Source of the DNA: Candidatus Minusculum obligatum
Lineage (GTDB): Bacteria; Patescibacteriota; Minisyncoccia; Phycocordibacterales; Phycocordibacteraceae
Direction of reading: 5' to 3'
DNA: 64,000 nt
Assembly (NCBI GenBank): GCA_002331145.1
Contig: DCYT01000001.1
Coordinates: forward strand, 90,002-154,001
A program made the position numbers and the translations under genes. Each line of letters starts with the position of its first letter. The stretch's first letter is position 1. This document shows positions 30,427-38,938 of this stretch, one piece after another. Below the pieces are notes generated by a model that ran no database searches, was not told the DNA's origin, and was given only the letters and a program-made list of their open reading frames with translations.

Positions 30427-30879
30427 ATGAATAATTATAGAAATCTTCTTTTTTCAATTGTGACAAGCTTTTTGGTGATGTACGCGCTTACCTATATTGC
30501 CGTATATACGTGGGGCGATATCTCTATCTTTAGCACCCGAAGCTTATACATGGCAATGATCATGATTGCTCCAATGATCATGATCATGATCATTTTTATG
30601 GGAAACATGTATAAAAACAAACAACTAAATATGAAGCTCTACGCATTTAGTGTTGGTTTATTTTTCATTTCTCTTTTTTTTATACGTGGACAAGTATTCG
30701 TAAATGACACACAATTCTTGCGTTCAATGATTCCCCACCACTCAAGTGCAATTACTATGTGCCGAGAAAGCTCTCTTTCTGACCCAGAGGTTATTGAACT
30801 TTGTGAGAGTATTATTACCGCTCAGCAACAAGAAATAGATCAGATGAATTCTATTTTGAAACGGCTAAAAGATAATTAA
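30427..30879 (+). CDS. Membrane protein with a DUF305-type domain
   Basis: It has three N-terminal TM helices, then MIPHHSSAITMCRE...ELCESIITAQQQEIDQM. It is divergent from the preceding gene. Confidence 0.6.
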   Translation: MNNYRNLLFSIVTSFLVMYALTYIAVYTWGDISIFSTRSLYMAMIMIAPMIMIMIIFMGNMYKNKQLNMKLYAFSVGLFFISLFFIRGQVFVNDTQFLRSMIPHHSSAITMCRESSLSDPEVIELCESIITAQQQEIDQMNSILKRLKDN

Positions 30880-30920
30880 AGTTTTAGCCAAAAAGAAAAC
30901 CTAGCAGTTGCTGGAATTTC

Positions 30921-30976
30921 TTTTTTTGGATAAATCCAAACTTTGTGGGGTTGATCGGAAGTTAGGTCGAACTTTT
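30921..30976. repeat. Repeat R4 (La+Rb hybrid): tttttttggataaatccaaactttgtgg | ggttgatcggaagttaggtcgaactttt
   Basis: Its left half equals R2/R3 and its right half equals R5. The switch point is at GTGG. Confidence 0.75.
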
Positions 30977-31066
30977 CTGAGCTTTGTGAGGAAGCTTCAG
31001 AGAGCTGACGAAAAGGCGCGGAAACCTCTCAAGGGCCTAGACGTCGACGATTGCTAATCGATCCAA

Positions 31067-32707
31067 CTAATGCGTCTGGGCAGCTTGAACCTTTCGCACT
31101 CTCTCCCAAAACGTCTCGTATGCCTCCCCAGCCCACTCGCTACGATACTCATCCGCCTGTGCAATCCAGTTTTGAGCTTCGGTACGAATTGGTTGCTCCA
31201 ACGCTAAAAGCTCCAACTGGGCTTGCAAACCTATCGAGGTCGTTTTCATCCATTGAAACGGAGAGTCTGTAAGTGTGCGATACATGACTGCTTTGGCACA
31301 CTCATCCATCACCGCAATGAACTCCTCAACTGAGGGATTCTTCTGAGCAGCAAGTAGCCGCACTTCGGCGATGTTTTTCCTCACCATCGCCCACTCGTAT
31401 GGAGCGGTCTTCTCAGTCCACCAGCGTTCAGTTTTTTCGTATTTTTCTTTGGCGGCATCAGCGTGCGAAAGCTCGCCGGAACGCCCCATCATCTCTTTGT
31501 GATAGTTTCCGTAATTATTGTAGACCTTCGGACAGAGCATGAAGCTCCGATAGTCCGACCCGTCCAGCTCGATCGAAAGCGCGTCATCAAGCGCACGCTT
31601 TGCCCCTTCGAGAAACTCGGGATCGCTTGTGAGTTGATATTTTCGAATGTGCGTTATTGCTGCATTGTTATAAGCATCCGCGGCCACCAACGCATCATCC
31701 CCAGCAAGCTCGGTTGTTAACTGGAACAAATCGCTCGCCCGATTAAGCTGAGTGATATCTCCACGCTCTCCCAAACGTCGATATGCTAGCCCCAGCGCGT
31801 TGGCCATTTCATGATTGAAATTTGAAGAGCTTTCAAATTTTTCCAGAACGCCGATCGCCTGCGATAGTCCATCTGTATCCGATGATCGCGTGCTGATTTC
31901 CTGGACGATATTGGCCATCGCCGCGACGCTGTTAGGATCTAGTTCAAAATCACCTTCGGAGATCCGGTCGACAACATCGGTAAGTCGCTCGATACGGTTC
32001 TCGATGCCGTAGCAAATCAGTCCTGATTGGAGGTACTTGTAGACTGCCTCATCTCGCTCGACAGCGGTGAGCTCTTCTGAATGATCGAGCACATAATCCA
32101 AATCACGATGCGCCCTCAGAAATTCCTGTCTACTGAAGTGTTGGTTCGCGGTATCAAATTTGGTTTGGATTAGATTCATATGCTCATTGGAACGGTTCCC
32201 GACGCTAGGCGCGTCACCGGTCAATGCCGGCAAAGTTTTTTCCAGCAGCTCAAGCTTTGCGAGCTCGTCTACGAGAGCAAGGTTCTGCTGAGCCATCGCT
32301 GAAAAAATGTCGCTGAAAATTGATTCTGGCAATCCTAGCCGATCGGCTGCCTGAATACGTGGAGACACCACCAACTCTGGAAATATCACGTTTAAATTTG
32401 CGATGTTATAGGTTTTGTTCTTCTCAACAAAGTCACCACCAGCCACCTTGGATTCGTCGTGGACAACTCCATCCTTTGAAACATTTCCCAGGATACCGGC
32501 AGAGACATCTCCCCCGGCTGCCACACCATGCTTGCTAGCGCGTTGAGTTGGCTGGTTGGACTTGTAAATCAAGTATGCAGCTAGGGCCGCGGCAACCAAA
32601 AAGAGGCCACCGACCACAACCAAACCTCGGATGCCGAAACTCCTGAAGAATTCTAACACATCGCTTTGCTGTAGAAATTCTAGCATGTAGCTCTCCGCAG
32701 ACTTCAC
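31067..32707 (-). CDS. Membrane-anchored hypothetical protein (GC-rich cargo, helical repeat-like)
   Basis: The 546-aa ORF has an N-terminal TM segment (LVVVGGLFLVAAALAAYLIY). Its composition is clearly more GC-rich than the host. Confidence 0.55.
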   Translation of the reverse strand: MKSAESYMLEFLQQSDVLEFFRSFGIRGLVVVGGLFLVAAALAAYLIYKSNQPTQRASKHGVAAGGDVSAGILGNVSKDGVVHDESKVAGGDFVEKNKTYNIANLNVIFPELVVSPRIQAADRLGLPESIFSDIFSAMAQQNLALVDELAKLELLEKTLPALTGDAPSVGNRSNEHMNLIQTKFDTANQHFSRQEFLRAHRDLDYVLDHSEELTAVERDEAVYKYLQSGLICYGIENRIERLTDVVDRISEGDFELDPNSVAAMANIVQEISTRSSDTDGLSQAIGVLEKFESSSNFNHEMANALGLAYRRLGERGDITQLNRASDLFQLTTELAGDDALVAADAYNNAAITHIRKYQLTSDPEFLEGAKRALDDALSIELDGSDYRSFMLCPKVYNNYGNYHKEMMGRSGELSHADAAKEKYEKTERWWTEKTAPYEWAMVRKNIAEVRLLAAQKNPSVEEFIAVMDECAKAVMYRTLTDSPFQWMKTTSIGLQAQLELLALEQPIRTEAQNWIAQADEYRSEWAGEAYETFWERVRKVQAAQTH

Positions 32708-32765
32708 TCAGAAGTAGCACGGGCATTTATCAAACGCACTTTGTGCGAACCTACGAGGGAAGAAC

Positions 32766-32935
32766 TGGGGATAAAGAACTAGCGCCTGAGAGATTATCTC
32801 AAGCGCTTGCTCGAACGATGTTTCGATCACGACTCTGCTGTGCCGTGAAATCTACTGGCCTGGTCACACGGCTCGTGTGCAAATTTCCAAGCCTTGACGT
32901 TAGTGGGGTTGATCGGAAGTTAGGTCGAACTTTTT
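32766..32935. repeat. Long direct-repeat copy 1 plus R5 (Lb+Rb). It is a diverged duplicate (~80%) of the ~140 bp immediately 3' of tRNA-Ala. The identical 30-nt core is ctcgtgtgcaaatttccaagccttgacgtt.
   Basis: It aligns with 33909..34049: tggggataaaga...ttcgatc...ggtcacacgNctcgtgtgcaaatttccaagccttgacgtt(a/g)gtgg. It is followed by the Rb arm shared with R4. Confidence 0.7.
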
Positions 32936-33000
32936 GGAAGTTCATCGAGAAGCAGCATCAGCTCGAAGGTAGGCAGCGCAGCGAGGGTAGATCTTGACTC

Positions 33001-33843
33001 CTAAGCCGAAGCTTCGTCCGGCTCGAACCCTTCAAATTCAATGATGATGAAGATCTTCTTTCCTAGATCAACGCGATCGATCTCAACCTGAAACGAATGT
33101 TCGGTGAGGTTTTGAATGTAGCCGGCATGATCGACATCAGATGGCTCAAATATCTTGTCCGCATCCCAGAACTGGGTCTCGCCACCGTCCTCTTTGACCC
33201 GAATTCGTTCGATTTTACGATCCGCGCTGACTTCAACCCGAAGGTTTCTGCACGGCGTTAGAGACGCGACCGTGATTGATTTCTGGTATGGCCCCTCACC
33301 TTTAGGAAACAAGTAGCTGTACGAATGAGTATAGACATCCCCTGCATAGATCGGCTTGGGAGGTTTCCAGTACACATTGTAAGCGTCGGGACGAGGTTGT
33401 TCCGTCTTGTCGATGGTTGCGTCAGATGTCTTGTAGCGCATGTCATCAAAAGACAATCCGACAGAACCGAACAGCGTATCAACCAGCTCCTCAGACGTCG
33501 CATCGCGATGGAATAACATGGTCTTGTCACAGCCTACGTTCCGCGATCCGTCCTCGTTGAAATGCCAACGCTGAACAACGTCATTGTAAACAAATGACGC
33601 TTTTTCGTGTCGGTTGTATGTGGTGCGAACGTCAAACATAAACCATGCTAAGAAGATAAGTAAAATCAACCATATAATCGTGGATCCCGCAAGGAACGCG
33701 AGGCTCGGCCCTCCGGTCTCGGACAAAAAGAGAATAGCTTGAACAAGTGCGATAGCTGTGAGAAAGAGCGCCACAATTGCAGCTGCGGTTTTTCTTGGCC
33801 GCAGTGCGCGCTGTACGAGAATGCTCTCAATGCGCCTCCACAT
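33001..33843 (-). CDS. Membrane hypothetical protein (GC-rich cargo)
   Basis: The 280-aa ORF has two N-terminal TM helices. It lies between the two long direct-repeat copies. Confidence 0.5.
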   Translation of the reverse strand: MWRRIESILVQRALRPRKTAAAIVALFLTAIALVQAILFLSETGGPSLAFLAGSTIIWLILLIFLAWFMFDVRTTYNRHEKASFVYNDVVQRWHFNEDGSRNVGCDKTMLFHRDATSEELVDTLFGSVGLSFDDMRYKTSDATIDKTEQPRPDAYNVYWKPPKPIYAGDVYTHSYSYLFPKGEGPYQKSITVASLTPCRNLRVEVSADRKIERIRVKEDGGETQFWDADKIFEPSDVDHAGYIQNLTEHSFQVEIDRVDLGKKIFIIIEFEGFEPDEASA

Positions 33844-33908
33844 CCTACGCGACCTTTCTCAGACCCACACGGCTTCAACGATAAACTGTTCACCTCATTC
33901 TTCGCAAT

Positions 33909-34049
33909 GTGGGGATAAAGACAATCGCCCAAGGTTTCACCCTGGGCGATTGTCGCTTCGATCTATCGATCGCGACTCTACTGAGCCGCGATTTTCACCA
34001 GCTTGGTCACACGTCTCGTGTGCAAATTTCCAAGCCTTGACGTTGGTGG
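33909..34049. repeat. Long direct-repeat copy 2 (the native tRNA-Ala 3' flank). It includes a hairpin (caatcgcccaaggtttcaccctgggcgattg) that is the likely tRNA terminator.
   Basis: See copy 1. It abuts or overlaps the tRNA 3' end. Confidence 0.7.
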
Positions 34050-34118
34050 ACTCGAGAGGAATCGAACCCCCGACCTCCTCAGTGCAAGTGAGGCGCTCTA
34101 GCCAACTGAGCTACGAGC
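34043..34118 (-). tRNA. tRNA-Ala (anticodon UGC) with an encoded CCA
   Basis: The minus-strand read is GGGCTCGTAGCTCAGTTGGCTAGAGCGCCTCACTTGCACTGAGGAGGTCGGGGGTTCGATTCCTCTCGAGTCCACCA. It has a G3:U70 pair, the anticodon loop CTTGCAC, and a T-loop TTCGATT. The T-stem contains two G-U pairs. Confidence 0.9.
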
Positions 34119-34141
34119 CCGTAAATGAGAGAATACAAGAC

Positions 34142-35065
34142 TTATCGCTTCAGCGCAAGGTCTTTTATGTGAGCCACAAACTCCTTTGAATTAGACCCGA
34201 TAGACTCTAATGCCTTTGAAAACAGTGATCCCTCATGGAATTTTGGAAGCGCATTTGCCTCTAAGAAATAAACTGTGTGGGGTGTAATAAGGAAATCAAT
34301 CTTCCCATAATGTCGCATGTTAAGAGCCTTAAATATCTCCTTGCTTGAGGCTTCAATCTCTTCTCTTTGTGTACGCGTAAAGTTCCCAGGACACCTCTCT
34401 ACCCACTCTCCATCAATCTTTTGGAGCTCTATTGGGGGAATCATATACAGAGGATTATCCCTAAATCCCTCAACTACATATACGCTTGCCTCCTTCCCTT
34501 TTATAAACTCCTCAAACTGTATTGGACCATGTTGTATAAGCTCCTCAGAAGCTCTATAGAGCTCCTCAGGCGTTGTTGCAATACGAACCCAGTGGCTTCC
34601 CTCTCCGTGCACACTTTTAACAACAAGAGGCAACCCCAAGTTTCGAACAGCAACAGCTCCCTGCATTTCAAGATCTTCTTCACTCTCACAAAGTACATAG
34701 CGCGCAATAGATACCCCATGCTCTTTCACTGTCTCCTTTGCGAGCACTTTATGTGAGCAGGTAAATGAAGGAAGTGCTGCAGACCCTGTATATGGAATTT
34801 TATGCTGACTTAGAAGCTTTTGCACTGTTCCATCTTCTCCATATGGACCATGCAGTGCATTAAATACAAGATCTACCATATTGAGCACTTTGTGTGGATC
34901 TGCTACTCGCCCACGATCAAACCACGTACCATCCTTATCTATATAGATATCTCTATGAGTCCCTGGAGACTCATAGAGATAATCTAAAACCAACTGACCA
35001 CTTTTAAGAGATGCTTTGTGATCTAGGGATGGTCCACCACGAAGTACAGCTACAGTGCTACTCAT
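34142..35065 (-). CDS. ddl: D-alanine--D-alanine ligase (ATP-grasp)
   Basis: The N-terminus (VAVLRGGPSLDHKASLKSGQLVLDYL) and the C-terminal ATP-grasp region (FLEANALP) resemble Ddl. Confidence 0.85.
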   Translation of the reverse strand: MSSTVAVLRGGPSLDHKASLKSGQLVLDYLYESPGTHRDIYIDKDGTWFDRGRVADPHKVLNMVDLVFNALHGPYGEDGTVQKLLSQHKIPYTGSAALPSFTCSHKVLAKETVKEHGVSIARYVLCESEEDLEMQGAVAVRNLGLPLVVKSVHGEGSHWVRIATTPEELYRASEELIQHGPIQFEEFIKGKEASVYVVEGFRDNPLYMIPPIELQKIDGEWVERCPGNFTRTQREEIEASSKEIFKALNMRHYGKIDFLITPHTVYFLEANALPKFHEGSLFSKALESIGSNSKEFVAHIKDLALKR

Positions 35066-35085
35066 AGTGCTAGTGTATCACTTTC

Positions 35086-36774
35086 TTAGAACTCCTCGAA
35101 GTCAGGAGGGATATTAACTGTTATTGATTCAGTAAATGTTTGCGTTGAAGCATCACACTCAATTGAGTACACACTTCGCTCAGTAATAGTTACATTTGCA
35201 GAACCATCGAGAGGATCATCTGTTGCGTTATTTACAAGAATACCAGGACCTACAATGTCACAACTATCAGTATCTTCTGCATGCCACACAACATTTACCA
35301 CCTCACCCTTTGGCACTCGAATAGAATCTGCCTCCCCATTCACGGTAATAGTAATATTTGGCTGTAGCACCTCAACATCTGCAAAGTCTCCTGCTCCACC
35401 ACAACTTACCTGATATGTTGCATCGCTTGTTGGCGCAACCTGCACACTTCCACTTGTCGAACCTCCTGTATTAAACCCAGTTCCAGTACATGAGCTTGCA
35501 GATGTAGAACTCCATGTAAGCGTTGTGCTCTCTCCTACAAGAATTTGAGTTGGAGATGCTGAAAGACTTGCTGTGGAATTTGAACCTCCACCATTTAGCG
35601 TCACTTCAACATTACATGTTGCAAATGTAGAAGCGTTTTCCGCATCAACATCAATACGTGCATTTTTTACCCCTATAGATCCGTATGTCTTTGCTACAGA
35701 AGCTGAACTTCCTGAAAGACTGTCTGTACCGCTCCATGAGTAGTTGGTAGTACCAATATTATTTTGAACGGTTGCAGTCCATGTCACTGACTGATTTACA
35801 GCAGGCTGCAGTGGACTTGGAGTACAACTTACTGAAAGCCCTCCCCCTGTTCCTGGGTTGTCTACCTGGAATGTAGTTATTGGACCACAGTTGTTTCCTT
35901 CGTTCTCCTCTGCAATCTCATTACCTGGATCGGCACATACACGCACTTGATGTCGTCCACTTGGTGGATTATTCCATGTATATGAGCCAGTCTTAAAGTT
36001 TCCTGCAGTTAGATTTGTAATTGCATTATTTACATCAATATTTTGATCAAAAGCTGAGCTGGCGTCTGAGTTGATTGCAATTTGCAACCGCATATCAATA
36101 CCTCCTGCAATATCAGACCCTCCAATATTCTGAATTGGTACCTCAAAGAGCATTTCTCCACCACCGTCTTGCTCTGTGGCAACTACTGTTCCAGCTGTTA
36201 GATCAGGGTCACCTCCTCCACCAACACAAGCTTCATTTGTTCCTGTTACTCCATACCCAGGGCCTCTAAATGAAAGCCATCCGATTGTTGCTGTTCGCTC
36301 ATTACTTCCTCCTCCCCATGCTTCTCCCTGCCAAGCACAACTAACCGCTTCAACTTGCACACGTGGTGTTCGCCCTAGATAAATCCAACCATCCCAATCT
36401 CCTGAATTTGAAACTCCACCTGCAAGCGCTTTTGCCCATCCGCTTACATGTCCGGTATTACTATCAAAACTTGCCTGACACGTACCGCTTGGACATCCTG
36501 CAGTATCTGCGCTATTAAAACTAATCCAACCAACATTTGAAGACCATGCATACCCTTCAATGTTTCCATTATTTTTAACTCCTACCCAGTATGAAGAATT
36601 CCCACACACCCCAGCATTCTCACAAGTAAGACTTACCCACCCAATTGTTGAAGACCATGCATACCCAGTAAGGTTTTTAGGTACTGATGGACTTGTTTGT
36701 GCCTGTGCTGAAACCGCACCTACAAATAAAGCACTTATGAAAAGTAGTGTGAATGTAAGAAGTGTTTTTTTCAT
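35086..36774 (-). CDS. Large secreted repeat protein with W-rich GYAWSS(T/N)(I/V)GW(V/I)S(L/F) repeats and Ig/CARDB-like beta domains
   Basis: It has a signal peptide (MKKTLLTFTLLFISALFVGAVSAQA), a thrice-repeated GW motif, and T/S/G/N-rich beta-strand-like segments. Confidence 0.65.
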   Translation of the reverse strand: MKKTLLTFTLLFISALFVGAVSAQAQTSPSVPKNLTGYAWSSTIGWVSLTCENAGVCGNSSYWVGVKNNGNIEGYAWSSNVGWISFNSADTAGCPSGTCQASFDSNTGHVSGWAKALAGGVSNSGDWDGWIYLGRTPRVQVEAVSCAWQGEAWGGGSNERTATIGWLSFRGPGYGVTGTNEACVGGGGDPDLTAGTVVATEQDGGGEMLFEVPIQNIGGSDIAGGIDMRLQIAINSDASSAFDQNIDVNNAITNLTAGNFKTGSYTWNNPPSGRHQVRVCADPGNEIAEENEGNNCGPITTFQVDNPGTGGGLSVSCTPSPLQPAVNQSVTWTATVQNNIGTTNYSWSGTDSLSGSSASVAKTYGSIGVKNARIDVDAENASTFATCNVEVTLNGGGSNSTASLSASPTQILVGESTTLTWSSTSASSCTGTGFNTGGSTSGSVQVAPTSDATYQVSCGGAGDFADVEVLQPNITITVNGEADSIRVPKGEVVNVVWHAEDTDSCDIVGPGILVNNATDDPLDGSANVTITERSVYSIECDASTQTFTESITVNIPPDFEEF

Positions 36775-36787
36775 AAAAATGCGCATA

Positions 36788-37420
36788 CTAATTTAAATCA
36801 AGACGAGGTCCGTTTCCTCCACCGTTATCATCATTACTTCCATTTCCACTGCTACCACCACTTGAATTACCACCAGTATCTCGAAGTGTATCTTCTCCAG
36901 CACTAAAGGTAAGGCCAGCATCACAAGTAAGCTTCAAATACTGACAGTAGTTTACTCCTGCACAGTCTCGCCCCTGCACTCCAGGACACTTGTCATGAGC
37001 TACATTTATCCACCCTTCTGATGCACGAGACCCAAGAACATTGTCACAACCTCTTCCAACTTCTTCCGGCTTTACATTTGCCTGAGTAACGTGAGGATTC
37101 CCCTCCAAAATAAGATACTCCCACCTACATGTTGTTGAAAGCGTTGATCCAGAAGGAGAAGGCCATGAGCTTCTACAATCACTCCCAATGCATACCTGAG
37201 AAGAACCCTTTACGTTATATCCACTTACATTTCCTGCACTAAGGTCTCCAACTTTTACTTGATCAACTGTTGATGTTTGAAGTGGGAGCTCAGCGTTATT
37301 TCCTGGGAAATTAGCTGTTGGCATGGCAAAAGATGCGGCCATTGCTGTCCCTGCCAAAAGAAGCATTCCTGCAATTAGCATTCCTGCACCAGTTTTTATT
37401 TCTGTAAGATTTTTACTCAT
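36788..37420 (-). CDS. Cys-rich secreted protein, paralog 1 of 3
   Basis: It shares the motifs C(I/L)GSDCRS(S/A/T)W and C-P-G-V-x-G-R-D-C-x-G-x-x-Y-C-x(5)-C-D-A-G-(I/L)-T with the next two genes. It has an N-terminal signal anchor. The start is set at MSKNLTEI. Confidence 0.65.
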   Translation of the reverse strand: MSKNLTEIKTGAGMLIAGMLLLAGTAMAASFAMPTANFPGNNAELPLQTSTVDQVKVGDLSAGNVSGYNVKGSSQVCIGSDCRSSWPSPSGSTLSTTCRWEYLILEGNPHVTQANVKPEEVGRGCDNVLGSRASEGWINVAHDKCPGVQGRDCAGVNYCQYLKLTCDAGLTFSAGEDTLRDTGGNSSGGSSGNGSNDDNGGGNGPRLDLN

Positions 37421-37421
37421 A

Positions 37422-38111
37422 TTAATTTGCTTGGAGTCCACCACTTTCATTATTATCATCTGGAGTCTCACAGTTAATATCATCCATGTCTGTTCGACCA
37501 TCATTATCGTTGTCTCGTCCATCAGAACATTGTGAATCTGGATTTGGATTAGCAATTGCAAAGCTTCCCTCCTCAAAAGTGATTCCAGCATCACATTCAA
37601 ATCGAATGTACTTGCAATAACTTGCCCCTGAACAGTCTCGCCCTGATACTCCTGGACAGTTATCAAATGAAACCATCATAAATCCAAGATCTTTTTCTTC
37701 TTGAGTAAGTTGGCCATCACAATTCTCTGCAAGACGCTCTTGGGTAATCCTGGTATTTTCATGAGCTGCACCTGGCTGCCCATCTACATCTGCAATAGTG
37801 AGCGTATGAACCTGACATGAAGTAGAAAACTCAGAGCTTCCTGAAGGCCAAGCGCTTCGACAGTCACTTCCAATACATACTTCATTCTGTCCTGTTACTC
37901 TGCTCTGACCAAAAAGATTGCGGACAGAAAGGCCGGCTTCTTTTACCTGGTTTGTAGAACCAATATGCAATGGAGCTGCAGGATTACTATTTGTAGGACC
38001 TGCTCCAGGATGTGTAAAGTTTGCAGCATACGCAACGATTCCAACAAAAAGACCTAAAAAGACTAGTGGTCCAAGAATGTATTGCGCTTTTGTGAACATT
38101 TCTTTTTTCAT
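37422..38111 (-). CDS. Cys-rich secreted protein, paralog 2 of 3
   Basis: It has the same two Cys motifs (VCIGSDCRSAWPSG; NCPGVSGRDCSGASYCKYIRFECDAGITF). Confidence 0.65.
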   Translation of the reverse strand: MKKEMFTKAQYILGPLVFLGLFVGIVAYAANFTHPGAGPTNSNPAAPLHIGSTNQVKEAGLSVRNLFGQSRVTGQNEVCIGSDCRSAWPSGSSEFSTSCQVHTLTIADVDGQPGAAHENTRITQERLAENCDGQLTQEEKDLGFMMVSFDNCPGVSGRDCSGASYCKYIRFECDAGITFEEGSFAIANPNPDSQCSDGRDNDNDGRTDMDDINCETPDDNNESGGLQAN

Positions 38112-38116
38112 AAAAA

Positions 38117-38698
38117 TTAATATCTTCCTGCCTGTGTGGTTATACCTGCATCACACTGCAATTGGATAAAGTAACAGTAACTTGCTCCTGCACAATCTCG
38201 ACTTGAAACACTTGGACAATTATCAAAACTTATAAGCATCCAGCCTGCTGCTCTATCTGCAGTTGAAATTTGCTGATCACACTTAGCTGCCATTTGCCCC
38301 ACTTGAACTGTTCCATTTTGATAGTGCGGAATGCCTGGAGAATCTTGAGGACTTGCAACAATACGCCTATTCACTGTACATGTTGTTGAAAAATCTGAAC
38401 CCTGGCTTCCCCACGTACTTCGACAATCACTTCCAAGGCAAAGTTCTGAAAGTGCAGTTAATTTCTCTGCAATAATATTATCTGCCCAAAGGTTTCCAGA
38501 CTTTGTTTGAGCTATAGCACTTGTATTGAGTGGTGCTGAGACATTTCCGTTTGGAGGATTACTTCCTGGCTCAGTAAAACTTCCTGACACAACCCCAACA
38601 AAACCAAAGAAAAGAATCATTGGAAGAGCTGTGGTGAAAAACACTTTTGCTGTAAAAATCTTTTTCATACTATTGATTGATTGCATTAAACTTCCCAC
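38117..38698 (-). CDS. Cys-rich secreted protein, paralog 3 of 3
   Basis: It has the motifs LCLGSDCRSTWGSQG and NCPSVSSRDCAGASYCYFIQLQCDAGITT. Confidence 0.65.
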   Translation of the reverse strand: MGSLMQSINSMKKIFTAKVFFTTALPMILFFGFVGVVSGSFTEPGSNPPNGNVSAPLNTSAIAQTKSGNLWADNIIAEKLTALSELCLGSDCRSTWGSQGSDFSTTCTVNRRIVASPQDSPGIPHYQNGTVQVGQMAAKCDQQISTADRAAGWMLISFDNCPSVSSRDCAGASYCYFIQLQCDAGITTQAGRY

Positions 38699-38924
38699 CT
38701 CGAGTTAAATCTCCTTGCGGTTGAGTCTCCGCAAATTCCTTTAGCTCTTCAAGTTTTGCAGCCTCCTCTCTTTCTTGGAACCAAGAAATGACTGACTGAC
38801 GAATAGGAGTAATGGCATAACCAAGAACAACAAGAAGAATTATTATTCCCAAAACAATACCTCCAATTTTCACAAGAGAACTCTCTTCTTGCGGAGCTTC
38901 TGTTGTTATCTGCTCTTCGTTCAC
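38670..38924 (-). CDS. Small single-TM protein, first gene of the secreted-protein operon
   Basis: The 84-aa ORF has a TM segment (IGGIVLGIIILLVVLGYAI). Confidence 0.45.
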   Translation of the reverse strand: MNEEQITTEAPQEESSLVKIGGIVLGIIILLVVLGYAITPIRQSVISWFQEREEAAKLEELKEFAETQPQGDLTRGGKFNAINQ

Positions 38925-38938
38925 AGATAAAGTATAGC

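Noticed and set aside
28879-30976. Considered the R repeats as additional tRNA genes or tRNA fragments
   Set aside because: They resemble only the 3' acceptor/T-arm region loosely. They lack an anticodon arm and do not fold into a cloverleaf. They are better explained as att-like junctions.
28520-32940. Considered a CRISPR array because of the recurring ~30-50 bp repeats
   Set aside because: The repeats are heterogeneous hybrids rather than identical units. Their spacing is 0.35-1.9 kb and the spacers contain full genes. There are no cas genes adjacent.
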